Source of the DNA: the human T2T-CHM13v2.0 reference genome, Homo sapiens
DNA: 64,000 bases
NCBI RefSeq assembly: GCF_009914755.1
Contig: NC_060933.1
Strand: one strand, 5' to 3'
Within the stretch, counting starts at the first letter, position 1; every line of letters starts with the position of its first letter. This document shows, piece after piece, positions 1-13,182 of this stretch. Both the position numbers and the translations under genes were made by a program. The notes below the pieces were generated by a model, which worked only from the letters and a program-made list of their open reading frames with translations, was not told where the DNA came from and searched no databases.

Positions 1-116
1 AATAGGCTGCTCCTCTCCAATGCCTGGTGTGTGCAAAATTAAAGATAGAATGTTATCTCCAGGAGGGATCGACCAGTTCAAATAAACTGCCCACTAAAAG
101 ATGAGGAACCTGTGGC

Positions 117-521
117 TGAAATGGTTAATTTTACATGACAACTTGGCTAGGCCATGATGCCCAGATATTTGCTCAGACATTATTCTGAGTCATTCTGTGA
201 AGGTGTTTTTTTTTGGGTGAGATTAACATCTATATGGTGGATTTTGAGTAAAGCTGATTGCCTGCCATGTTTGTGGGACTCATCTAATCAGTTGAAGACC
301 TTAATGGAAAAAAACCTGACCTCCCATGAGCAAGTAGTAATTCTGCTATCAGACTGCATTCTGCCAGAACTGCAGCTTTTCCTTGGGTCTGCAGCCTGGT
401 GGCCTACCCTGCAGATTTTGAATTTACCATACCTCCAAAATTGTATGAGCTAACTCCTTTCTCTCTCTCTTTGTTTATAAAACCTCCTGTTTTATTTCTC
501 TGAAAAAATCTGACTAATACA
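117..521 (+). mobile_element. MLT2-family solo LTR (ERVL)
   Basis: Begins ATGGTTAATTTTACATGACAACTTGGCTAGGCCATGATGCCCAGATATTTG and ends TTTCTCTGAAAAAATCTGACTAATACA, matching recalled MLT2 termini; homologous to 48795-49340. Confidence 0.85.
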
Positions 522-642
522 GCAGGCCATATAGATAAAGGGATGAGTCCAACTTCACCCAGGTAGAAAGTAGCACAGCGAGAACTAGAATTTAGTCTCA
601 TGAATCATTGACTCACAGTCTCTGATGAACACTAAGCCAGCA

Positions 643-859
643 CTGGAGTTGGGAAACTATGGCCAACTGATCAAATTCTGCTTGGCTCCTGGTTTTGTAA
701 ATAAAGTCTTATGGAACACATACAATACATTAATGTATTGTATATGGGTGTTTTCATGCTAAAACAGCAGAGTTGAGCAATTGCAATGGAGAAGTATGAC
801 CCGCAAAATCTAAAATGTTTACCTTCTTACCTTTTACAGAAAAAGTTTGCTGACCCCTG
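643..859 (+). mobile_element. MER58A hAT-Charlie MITE
   Basis: Diagnostic TTTTGTAAATAAAGT...GGAACACA and ACAGCAGAGTTGAG blocks; 3' TIR TTTACAGAAAAAGTTTGCTGACCCCTG. Confidence 0.85.
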
Positions 860-2019
860 CCCTAGAATGGCATCTGATTCCTGACCACTCTAAGGGGAAT
901 AATTCATGCACATTGGGTCAGATGATCAATTTCTTGTTCTGCTTAGGTCAATGATCTCTTAAATTTTATTCCTCCCAGGTGGCCAAATTGGAAAGGAATA
1001 GCTGAAGACATGCAGATATGTTTTGCTATGTCTGTTCACCTCACGCTGCTCCCTGTGGTTCTCAGAACTGGTCTATTCTAACCACCTACCACTCATTTCT
1101 TCATGGCTCTGGCTTCACATACTTGGCAACAGATCTGTTTCTTCTTCTATCCTGGATGACCCATTCCATGGACTGATAATGGAAGCAATATCTTACTCTA
1201 TATAATTTGTCTTTGATACTGTCTATCTTGGGGTCTTCATATATGTCCTAGTTGGCCAGTCAAACCCTGTCTTTTGCTACTACTACTAATAACCCATTTT
1301 GTAGAATGAATTTGGCTGAATTCACCGAATTATCCATTTAGAAACCATTTGTGGCCTGTCACTAGGTTTTAGCACAGGTGTAGAAACTTGGGTTAGTATC
1401 TATATTTAAATCAACCTAACTGGTCAAAAACTTGTTGTTTACTACTTTACTACACAAGCAACTTCTCCTATCTTTCCATCGATGTCAAAAGTATAATATT
1501 TTATTGTTTAAATTATTTAGAGAATTAGATTCTCCATTTCAAGGAGCATTGGAATATGGAGACTTAGTGTGATGTAACTATTTTATGATATTATTTCTAA
1601 AATGTTGAGTTAGGCTTTGAAATTTGGCCAAGAGAGGGCAAAAAAGAAATTGAAAAATTAAGAGTGGAAAAAACTTCTGATGGCATTAATACTTAATAAA
1701 GATTTCATTTTGATCAATAGTTTAGGCCATTGGAAAATAACTGATAAGTTTTTATTCCCTCCCCTTAGTAATATTCTGTTCTTTGTCATTTTTTATAATA
1801 TAAAACTTAATCACTAAAATGTTCAGGGCCCTTTTTCATTTTTTAAACAAATCTATATCTAGATGAAGGTAGAATTTACTTATTACTAGAGCCTTGGACT
1901 TGTGACTCCAGCTCTGTCTTCTTTCTATCATGCCTGCTAAATTTCTAACTTCCTGGACATTAGGTAATCATTCTGCTTCTGTCCCCTTCCTCAATATATA
2001 GCTTGGTGACGAGAGTAAG

Positions 2020-2235
2020 GGGGTATAATGCCTGACTGCCTGGGTCCAAATCCTGACTCTAAGACTTCTTTGATGGGTACCCCTGTGCAAGTTTTCTCTT
2101 TCTGTCTCAGTATTCTCATTTATGAAATAGAAATAATAATATTACATCTCTTAAGAGTTTCTGTGATGGTTAAAAGAGAAGATCTATACAGCATAAGAAC
2201 TTATCAGTTATTGAAACAGTTAAAGAAATGTTAAA
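2020..2235 (+). mobile_element. MIR SINE (degraded)
   Basis: CTGGGTCCAAATCCTGACTCT, TCTGTCTCAGTATTCTCATTTATGAAATAG and GTGATGGTTAAA resemble the MIR core. Confidence 0.65.
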
Positions 2236-2421
2236 AAAAGGTTAGTTGTTATAAAGTCTCTGATTTTATGGGTAATACAGACTAGCTTATGTAGGTATAG
2301 AATTTACATAAACATGTACATTTCATATCTGTGTGTATACATTCTTATATTAAATGGAGCAGCAACACTAATGTCTAAACATGTCCTCTGTGAAGTGTAG
2401 ATCTCCTATATGCAGAAATGG

Positions 2422-3195
2422 TGCTCCAGTTAACTATTGCTGCATAACAAAGCACTACAAACTTAGCATGGAAACAAAAATATTAATATGTGCATAGATT
2501 CTGTGGGTCAGCAGTTCAGACAGTGCATAGCAGGGATAGCTTATCCCTATTCCGCAACTAATGTCTAGAGCTTCAGCTCATGGGACTTCAAATGGCTGGT
2601 ACTGGAATCATTTACATGTTTTTAGTTTACATATCTGGCACCTGAGATGGAATGACTTGAGGACTGAGACCAACAGGGGCTGTTAATTGGTGTGCCTACA
2701 TGTATCTTCCTCTGTGGCTTAAACTTCTCATAGCATAATGGGTAGGTTTCAAAATAATGTTCCAAGGAGTGTCCAAAGATCAAGCATTCCAAGAGAACAA
2801 AGCAGAAGCTGCATGATCTTCTATGGCCTAGTCTTAGATATTATATAGCATCCTTTCTATTATACTCTATTTCAGGAGTTGGAGAACTTTTTTCTATAAA
2901 AGGTCAGATAGTAAGTATTTAGAATTTGAGAGCCATACAGTGTCCATTGCAACTTCTCAATTCTGCCGTTGTACAAAAAGCCATAGAAAATATATAAATG
3001 AACATGGTTGTGCTTCAGTATTCACAAAAGCAGGAAGGTGACCTAGATTTGGTCAATAGGACACAGTTTACTGACATTGCTCTACAGGTTGAGGACATAA
3101 AAAACCTGTCCAAATTCAAGGCAAAAACACATAGGTTCCATTTCTGGATGAAAAGGATGCCAAAGAATTTAAAGCCCTGTATTAAAACCATCATA
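2422..3195 (-). mobile_element. MLT1 (MLT1H-like) MaLR solo LTR interrupted by MER58A
   Basis: CAGTTAACTATTGCTGCATAACAA...ACTTAG, GATTCTGTGGGTCAG and CCAAGAGAACAAAGCAGAAGCTGCATG motifs; the LTR resumes after about 3087. Confidence 0.7.
2873..3079 (-). mobile_element. MER58A hAT MITE nested in MLT1
   Basis: Reverse-complement homologue of 643-859 (TTTTTCTATAAAAGGTCAGATAGTAAGTATTT); partial 8-bp TSD CTCTATTT (2865-2872) / CTCTACAG (3080-3087). Confidence 0.8.
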
Positions 3196-3602
3196 TGTAG
3201 AATATGGTTATATGGGTTCTGTCTGTGTATTCTACTTCTCACACTCATGGGGACTGTTAAGTACTGGGACATATTGCTAGATTCTTCATTAGCCTGTGTC
3301 AAGGTCAAAGTTGAAATATAAACTTAATGACCTTGATTTTCAAAACAATTAATGACTTTATTTAACTATAATTTTATGTAATTCTGCATCCTAATAAACA
3401 TAAAAATAACTTTTATTTTTAAAATTTATTTTATTTTTACTTTACCTTTATTATTTTTATTTTTACTAATTTTTTAAATTTCACATTATATTTTAGATTC
3501 AGGGGATACATTTGCAGGTTTGTTACATGGGTTTATTGCATGATGCTGAGTTTTGGTATACAAATGATCACATCACCCAGATAATGAGCATAGTGCCCAA
3601 TA

Positions 3603-3756
3603 CATACATATATATATATGTATATATTATACATATATACATATATATATGTGTGTGTATATATATACACACATATATATATACATATATATATATATAC
3701 ATACACATATATATATATATATATATACACATATATATACACACACACATATATAT
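3603..3756. repeat. Compound (TA)n/(CA)/(TG) microsatellite in the Alu tail position
   Basis: Directly visible dinucleotide array between the Alu T-tract and the left TSD CCCAATA. Confidence 0.95.
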
Positions 3757-4034
<278 letters not shown>

Positions 4035-7000
4035 TAAGTAGTTTTTCAACTTTTTCCACTGTAGTAGCGCCCTCCCCCCTCTAATAGTCCACAGTGTCTG
4101 TCTTTTCTTACAGTCTTTATGTCCATGAGTAACCGATGTTTATATTCCACTTATAAGCAGGAACGTGAGGTATTAGGTTTTCTATTCCCATGTAAATTCA
4201 CTTAGGATAATGGCTTCCACCTGCATTCATGTTGCTGCAAAGGACATGATATCATTCCTTTTTATTGCTGCATAGTATTCCATGGTATACATGTACTATA
4301 TTTTCTTTATCCAATCCACCATTGATGTGCACCTAGGCTGATTTCATTCCTTTGCTATTGTGAATAGCGTTGTGATGAACATCTGAGTGCATGTGTCTTT
4401 TTGGTAGAATGATTTTCTTTTGGATATGTACCCAGTAATGAGATTGTTGGGTTGAATGGTAGTTCTAAGTTCTTTGAGAAATATCCAAACTGCTTTCCTT
4501 AGGGGCTGAACTCATTTGTATTCCCAACTACAGTGCATAAGCATTCCCTTTTCTCCACTGCCTCACCAGAATCTGTTGTTTGTTGACTTTTTAATAATAG
4601 CCATTCTGGCTGTTATGACATGGTATCTCATTACAGTTTTGATTTTAATTTCTCTGATGATAAGCGATGTTGAGCATTTTGTCATGTATTTGTTGGACTC
4701 ATACGTCGCCTTTGAAAAGTGTCTGTTCATGTCTTTTGCTTGCTTTTTGATGGGGTTAGCTTTTGCTTGTTGAATTAAGTTCCTTATAGATTTTGGCAGT
4801 TAGACTTTTGTCAGGTGTATAGTTTGTGAATATTTTCTCCCATACTATAGGTTCTTTACCTATAGATAGTTTATTTTGTTGTGCAGCAGTTTTTTAGTTT
4901 AATTAGATACCAATTGTTAATTTTTGGTTTTGTTTCCATTGATTTTGAGGACTTAGTCATAAATTCTTTCCCAAGGTCAACGTCCAGAATGGCGTTTCCT
5001 AGGGTTTCTTCTTGTATTCTTATAATTTGAGGTCTTACACTTAAATCTTTAATTTATCCTGAGTTAAGTTTTATATACGATGAAAGGTAGGAGTCCAGTT
5101 TCTTTCTTCATGTAGCTAGCTAGCTATCCCAGCACCATTTATTGAATAGAGAGTCCTTTCCCCATTGCTTATTTTTGTCAACTTTGTTGAAGATCAGATG
5201 GCTATAGGTGTGTGGCTGTATTTGAGGGGTCTCTATTTTGTTTCACTGGTCTTTGTGTCTGTATTTATGCCAGTACCATGCTGCTTTTGTTATTGTAGCC
5301 TTATAGTATAGTTTGGAGTTAGTGAATGTGATGCCTCTGGTCTGTGCTTTTTGCTTAGGATTGTTTTGGCTATTTGAATTCTTTTTTGGTTCCATATGAA
5401 TTTTAGAATAGATTTTTTCAATTATGTGAGAAACGATGTTGGTGTTTTGGTTGAAATAGCATTGAATCAGTAGATTGCTTTGGGCAGTATGGCCATTTTA
5501 ATGATATTGATTCTTCTGATCCATCAGCATGAAATGTTTTCTCATTTGTTTGTGTCATCTATGACTTCTTTCAGTAGTGATTTGTTGTTCTTCTTGTGAA
5601 GATCTTTCACCTCCTTGGTTAGATGTGTTGCTAAGTATTTTATTTTATTTTATTGTGGCTATAAGTGGGATTGCATTCTTGATTTGACTCTTAGCTTGAA
5701 AATTATTGGTGAATAGAAATATTACTGATTTTTATACATTGATTTTATATCTGAAAACTTTATTGAAGTCACTTATTAGTTCCAGAAGACTTTTGGCAGG
5801 GTCTTTAGAGTTTTCTAGGTAAAGGATTATCAGAAGAGAGACATAATTTGACCTCCCCTTTTCCTGTTTGGATGCCTTTTATTTCTTTCTCTTGCCTGCT
5901 TGCTCTGGCAAGGAACTCTAGTACTATATTAAATAGGATTAGTGAGAGTGGGCATCCTTGTCTTATTCCAGTTCTCAAGGGAATGCTTCCAGCCTTTGTC
6001 CATTCAGTATGAAGTTTGCCGTGGGTTTGTTACAGATGGATCTTATTATTTGAAGGTACATTTCTTCAATGCCTAGCCTGTTGAGAGTTTTTATCATGAA
6101 GAGATGTGGGTTTTATTATAGACTTTTTCTGTGTCTGTTGTGATGATCAAATGGTTTTGTTTTTCTTTCTATGTGCTGAATCACATTTATTGATTTTCGT
6201 ATATTGAAACAATCTTGCATCCCAGGAATGAAGCCTATTTGATCACAGTAAATTAACTTTTTGATGTGCTGCTGAATTTAGTCTTATATTATTTTGTTGA
6301 TGATTTTTGTGTCTATGTTCATCAAGGATCTTGGACTAAAGTTTTCTCTTTTCATTATGTCTTTGCCAGGTTTTGGCATTAAGGTGATATTAAATTCACA
6401 GAAGGAGTTAGGGAGAAGTCCCTTCTCCTCAATTTTTTGGAGTAGTGTCTATAGGACTGGTACCAGCTTTTCTTTGTACTTCTGGTAGAATTTAGCTGTG
6501 AATCCATCTGGTCCAGGGCTTTTTTTGTTGGTAGCTTTTTAATTAGTAATTCAACTTTAGAACTTGATATGTGTCTGTTCAGTATTTCAGTGTCTTCCTG
6601 ATTCAATCTTGGGAGCTTGTGTGTTTCCAAAAATTTATTCATTTCCTCTAGATTTTCTAGTTTGTGTGCCTAGAGGTGTTTATAATAGTCTCTGAGATTC
6701 TTTTTTATTTCTATAGGATTGGTTGTAATGTCACCTTTGTCATTTTTTATTATGCTTATTTGGACCTTCTTTTTATTTAATTAGTCTAGATTGTGGTCTA
6801 TTGATCCTATTTATCTTTTCAAGGGACCAAATTTTGGTTTTGTTGTTTTTTCAAAATTAATTTTTGGGTCTTTATTTTATTCAGTTCTGCTCTAATTTTA
6901 GTTACTTATTTTCTTCTATACTAGCTTTGGGGTTAGTTTGTTTTTGTTCATCTAGGTGCGATGTTAGATTGCTAATATGAGATCTAACTTTTTGAAATAG

Positions 7001-7794
7001 GTGTTTAGCACTATAAACTTTCCTGTTAGCACTGCTTACACTGCATCCCAGAGATTTTGGTATGTAGTATCTTTGTTTTCATTTATTTCTAAGAATCCTT
7101 TAAATTTCAGCCTTAATTTTGTTGTTTACCTAGAAATCATTCAGGAGCAAGTTGTTTAATTTCCATGTAATTATGTGGTTTCTACTTTTTGGTATTGATT
7201 ACTATTTTTATGCCACTGTGGTGTGAGAGTATGGTTGATATAATTTCATTTTTTAAAAATTTATTGATACTTGCTTTATTATTGAGCATGTTGTTGATCT
7301 TGGAGTATGTTTCATGTGCAGATAAGAAGAATGTATCTTCTGTGGTTGATGGGTGGAGTGTTCTATAGATGTCTATTAGGTCCAGTTGGTGCAGGGTGAA
7401 ATTTATAATTTTTTGATAGTTTTCTACCTCAATAATCTGTCTAATGCTGTTGGTGGGGTGTTGAAGTCTCCCACTATTATTGTGTAGCTATCTAAGTCCT
7501 TTTATAGGTCTAGAAGTAGTTGTTTTATGAATCTGGGTACTCCAATGTTGGGTGCCTCTATATTCAGGCTAGTTAACTCTTGTTGTTGAATTAACCACTT
7601 TGTCATTATGTAATGCTGTTCTTTATCACTTTTTTGCTGTTGTTGGTTTAAAGTCCGTTTTATCTCATATAAACATAGAAACTCCTGCTTTATTTTTCAC
7701 TTGTGTGATAGATCTTTCTCCAACCCTTTACTTTGAGCCTATGACTGTTATGTGTGAGTTGGGTCTCTTGAAGATAGCAGGTAGTTGGATCTTG

Positions 7795-7826
<32 letters not shown>

Positions 7827-8627
7827 TACTTGCAACTCTGTGCCTTTGAAGTAGGGGCATTTAGATCATTTACACTCGAGGTTAATATTGACGTGCGTTT
7901 TTGGTCCTATTGTGAGATTGTTAGCTGGTTGTTTTGTAGTTCCTACTGCATGGTTACTTTATAGGGTATGTGGGTGTTTTTGTGGTAGCAGGTATTGTTC
8001 TTTCATTTATATGTTTAGAATTCTTTTAAGGATCTCTGTTAAGGCTGGTCTAGTGACAAAAACTTTATTTAGTGCTTGCTTGTCTAGAAAAGATTTTTTT
8101 TCCTCCTCACTTATGAAAATTAGTTTGGTTGAATATGAAATTATTAGTTGGAATTTCTTATCTTTAAGAATGCTGAAAATCGGCCCCTAATCTCTTTTGC
8201 CTTTTAAGGTTTCTACTGAAAAAGTCTAGTGTTTGGCTGATGGGGATCCCTTTGTATGTGATCTTATGTAGTCTGCACCCCCCAGCCCATTGCCTTTTTT
8301 TTGTTTTTTTTTTTTTGCTGCCTTCAAGATTTGTTCTTTAGCATTGACCTTGGACAGTCTGGTAACTATATATCTTGGTGCTATTCATTTTGGATAGAAT
8401 CTTGCAGGTGTTCTCTGGATTTCTTCTATCTGGGTGTCTGCCTCTCTGGCAAGATAAGGAAATTTTCTTGACTCATGTCCTCAAATATATTTTCCAGGTT
8501 GTTTATTTTTTCTCTTCTTTCATAAGAATGTCAATAATTCAAAGGTTTTATCACTTTACATAATCCCATATCTCTCAAAGACTTTGTTCATTTTTTAAGT
8601 GCTTTTTTTTTCTTTATTTTTGTCTGA

Positions 8628-8994
<367 letters not shown>

Positions 8995-9869
8995 TAAAAT
9001 TACTAAAGTGAGTTCTTCAATTCCAGGAGCTCTGAATGATCCCTTTTAAAGATATTTTATCTCTTCTTTCACTTCCTGGATTGTTTTAGAAGTTTCTTTG
9101 TGTTGATTTTCAACCTTGTCTTGGATCTCCTTGAGCTTCCTTGCAATCCATGCTTTGAATTCTTTATCCGTCATTCTTGAGTTTCCATTTTGGTTAGAGA
9201 CCATTGGTAGAGAGCAGTACAATCCTTAAGTGGTGTCACTATGTTAATATTTTTCATGGTGCCAGAATTCTTAGACTGGTTTCTTATCTGGAGATGCTGG
9301 CACTTCAAATTTTTATAATTATTTTTGTGTAGGTAAAATTTTTTGTTTTTTTCCTTATAATATTATTGGGCTTTTATTTCTCTTTTCCTTTTCCCCTCTC
9401 CCTCAGGGATGTGACTTAGCGAATGTTGTGTCTGGTCTTTCAGCTCTGCTCCTATGGCCCTATGCACTTTATTTGGCAGGTTTAATATTGGACCGTGTAG
9501 TTCTACCTACAAGCCACTAGATCGTGCATATGGGTAAGAGCTGGGGGCAAGCAATGTGGCTGGGTATACTTGATCCTTGTTTATGTGGAGAAGCTCTCTG
9601 TTGCCTCAGGCAGTGTTCTAAACCAAGGAGTGCATAGTGTTCTGAGCTCCCTGATCAGCCCCAGGGTGGTTGGGGTGGGTGGGACCAAGATGGGTAGGAC
9701 CAGTCCAGGCAAGCCCATCTATAGGTTGCCTGATGGCAGAGACAAGTGGCTATGGAGAATCAAGTAGGTGACCACCAAGTGCCCAAAAGTTTGCCTAGGT
9801 GTGGAGCTGGGAAACCTCCTTGGTCCTAAAACCTCCAAGGTCCCACCTTGGTCTCTAATCCAGGAGACC

Positions 9870-10740
9870 GGTTACTCTAGGTGCCTGGAGATCTGCCAGG
9901 AGGTGGAGTGAAGAGGGCCCTGCTGTACAACAGTCTCTACACAGGAAGGGTGGGGTGGCTCAGGCTTGTAATCCAGACAATTGGGTGCTCCAGATGCCTG
10001 GAGATATGCCTGGGCTTGGGGCAGGGAAACCCCAGCATCACCATTATGTCTGCACAGCAAGGGTGGGGCAGCTCAGGCTGCTGATTTGGGTGAGTGGGTG
10101 CTCTGCATGCCTGGAGATCTGCCTGAGTGAAGAACAGAGAAGGCCCTGCTTCATCACGTGTTTTGCACAGGAAGGGTGGGACAGCTTAGGCTTTTGATTT
10201 GGGTGAGTGGCTGCTCTGACTGCGTGGAGATCTGCCTGGGCATCAAGCAGAGAAGGCCTCAATCCACCACTATCTCTGCACAGGAAGGGTTAGGAAACTC
10301 AGGCTGCTGGTCCGGGCAAGCAGTTGCTCCAAATGCATGGAGTTCTGCCTGGATGTGGAGTGAAGAGGCCCCCCTGCATCAGGATCTCTACACAGGAAGG
10401 ATGGCAGTAGCTCAGGCTGCTGAACCAGGTAAGCAGTTGCTCTGGACTTCTGGCCATCTGCCTGGTTATGAAGCGGAGAGGGCCCCACTGCATTGTAATC
10501 TGTGCACAAGAAGGGTAGGATGGCTCAGACTGCTGAACCAGGCAAACAAGTGCTCCAGATGCCTTGAGATCTGTCTGGGCATGGAGCAGAGAGGGCCCCA
10601 CTGCCCCACAATCTATGTCCAGGTAGCAGGGCAGCTCAGGCTGCTGGTCCAGGCAAGCCTGTTCTCTGAATGCCTGCTGTTTTGCCTTGGAGTGGAGTGG
10701 AGAGGGCCTCACTTCACTATGATATTAGGGGAGCAGGCTG
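9870..10740. repeat. ~113-bp tandem monomer array (8 units) in the L1 5'UTR
   Basis: A GCCTGGAGATCTGCCTG-like anchor recurs at 9883, 9996, 10109, 10222, 10335, 10448, 10561 and 10672 (spacing 113 six times, then 111). Confidence 0.9.
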
Positions 10741-10754
10741 TGGCACCCAGTGAT

Positions 10755-10755
<1 letters not shown>

Positions 10756-10797
<42 letters not shown>
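10756..10797. repeat. (CA)n microsatellite
   Basis: About 20 perfect CA units. Confidence 0.95.
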
Positions 10798-10798
<1 letters not shown>

Positions 10799-11450
10799 AG
10801 TTCCAAGTCACCAAGCAAGCCCTGACACAAGTCTAGTCACCCAGAATAAACTATGACTGTAGCAGCTCTCCTCCCATCCCAGGCCTGTGACAAGGGAGAG
10901 CAAAATTCCAGTGCTTACTGGGGAGGCACTTTCCACAATCTGGCTGTGAAAACTCCTATGCTGCTCCACAGCAGGTGTTCCAATCTCTAGCCTGAGGCAA
11001 AAATGCCTGCCGTTTGCCAAAGTATGGCTGACTTTGTATGAACCTGGATTAAAACTGGCATCCTGCTTTCAGTCCCAGGTCTGGGAAAATGCCTGCAGCT
11101 GTTCCTGGTGTCTTTCCCTCTCAGTGTCTCCAAGCCTCTCCCCAAGATAGTCCTGGGGCTTGGGAGAAACAAGGTGCTCTCTCTTGGCCTAAGTTACTTG
11201 GATCCCTAGTGGAAAGGTGAGTCACAGAGGGAGGCTCTCTGCCCCTCTCACATAACAGGGCATCACTCACTTTTATCAGCCAGACGCCATCATGATGGCT
11301 GTTTGCCTGAACTCTCCTTCCCAGAATGTGGGGTGTCTGTCATGTTTCCAGTGGATTTCCATTTTCCTTCTTGATTAAAGCTCAGAGAGTTTATCTTTAT
11401 GCATCATCTTGCTATTTCCAAGTGACTGAGTCTTGCTAAAAGCCTCTAAT

Positions 11451-11461
11451 CTGCCATCTTG
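11451..11461 (-). promoter_or_regulatory. YY1-like site at the L1 5' terminus
   Basis: The minus strand reads CAAGATGGCAG, at the position expected for the L1 5'-terminal YY1 motif. Confidence 0.55.
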
Positions 11462-13109
11462 GGGGGGGATAAAAAGTCTAGTAATTATCAGAAATAGCTT
11501 TCAAAAAAGCAATTGCTTCATGTAATTTGGTACAAGGAAAACTTCTGTTAGGATTCTACTGGCTGTTTGAATTATTCAATTTTGGTTAGAAAGCATGATT
11601 TTTGTTTTGATTCCTTCCTAAAGAGATCTGCAACTTTTCAGATCTTATATTTTATTCTACTGAGAGGATGATATAGGATTTTATAATTGAAAAAGTAGGG
11701 CAGATTGAGTTCACTCAGATCACACTAATGATTACTGAAATAACTGTAATTAGAGCACAAGTTTCCAGATTTTCCTGTGCTGTGCTTTTTTTTGTAGGTC
11801 TGCTGTATCTTGGGCCTGGCAATGATCATTTTTGACCTTTACCTCTCCAGGCTATTGTTAAGTGGTTTTGAGCTTTGTTAGCTTTCTTATGGGTTTGTGC
11901 TAAATTGTGCCCATAAAGTAGGCTGAATTCTCCAGGAAGTGTGATAGCTATAATATTGCATTATTACTTTAAAATGTGTTGGTTGCCTTTTTTTTCTTTT
12001 CTTTTTGTCCAACTATCTTGAACTTAAAGAATATATTATCCAATATGAAAGATGTGTATCTGGTGAAAAACACTAATTTAAGGGAAGAAAATTTCAGATG
12101 ATTGTATCTGTCAATCCTTAAAACACACTGAGCTTCATTAGCAAATCGACTATCCTCAGATCTTTCTCTTGGAACAGATCACATAATCGGCCTTTGTGTT
12201 GATTTCTCATCCCCTTCTTTACAGGCAGAACAATTAGAATAATTGGCTGGTACAGGGAAAGCACAAAGAACTTTCTTATACATTTGTGATGTATCTCTTA
12301 ATTGGGGTTAGAAATGAGAGTGGAGGAATGAACATGAAACTCGGAAGGGCAATGGGGAAAAATATTGCCTTTAAAATATTCTTTCAATGTTGATCCAGAT
12401 GAAAGAAATGATAAATATAAAGTTGAAGAGAGTATAAATGAAGTAATGTGGTTTTTGTGTTAACACGAGTGTGAAATTATTACAAATCAGGAAAAAATAT
12501 TTTTCACACAGACTCAGGAGCAAATGAAGCTGTAAATACTCTCTGCTTTTAGAAAACCTTTTTTGTAGCAGTAATCATGGGAGGGTAGAGGCAATGCGTC
12601 AGGGCATAGGTGTTCAGGGCAAGGGGAAAGAAAGAGAACAAAAGGAGAGAGGATATTTTTAGAGCTGTCATTTTGAAATTTACCTGCTTCTGCTTCAGTG
12701 CTGCTTTGCCACCGTATCGGTCCGGTAGAAATCTCTCAAAGCTGGAGCAGCCGTATTTTAAAATAATGGGATTACAGCAAGTGACTTTAATCAAGGTCTT
12801 AGTTCAAGTGCATGAAGGAGAGTGTGGTGAAAGAGTGAGGCCACAGGAAATTGTTCACTAGGCAAGTTTTCTGCAAGCCTCATCAACTGGGAGAAACTGA
12901 CCACTAAAGGAAAGCAAAAATATTGAAAGCAAGACAGAGTATGAGACCTGTTTAAAAAGCAACCTGTATAGTATTGGTCACCTGCTGATGATAGCTTATG
13001 AAAATAGCATTGACTAGAATTTATCAGTCTTGGTCATTTACAACAGAGACAGTTTCCTGGGTAATATGGTCTGGGAGGACTAGAACTGAACATTCGTGGT
13101 TCAGGATCA

Positions 13110-13182
13110 TACCCTTAGAGCTCAGCACACTTCATACATAGTAGACTTAAAAGTGAATGTTTGTTGATTGGCCAAATGAATA
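13110..13182 (+). mobile_element. L2 3' end fragment
   Basis: CTCAGCACAC...CATAGTAG...AATGTTTGTTGA...AATGAAT resembles the L2 3' terminus. Confidence 0.45.

Noticed and set aside
9511-9530. CTCF-like CCACTAGATCGTGCA in the L1 5'UTR
   Set aside because: Core positions are mismatched, so binding cannot be claimed from sequence alone.
9870-10740. Regularly spaced repeats resembling a CRISPR array
   Set aside because: Whole units are homologous, with no unique spacers and no cas genes, and the context is a primate L1.
10158-10856. Longest ORF (232 aa), antisense to the L1 5'UTR and superficially ORF0-like
   Set aside because: It starts at GTG, runs through a GC-rich 113-bp array (not a multiple of 3) and a (CA)n tract, and shows no recognisable homology. 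ORF0 belongs to a different, younger 5'UTR type.
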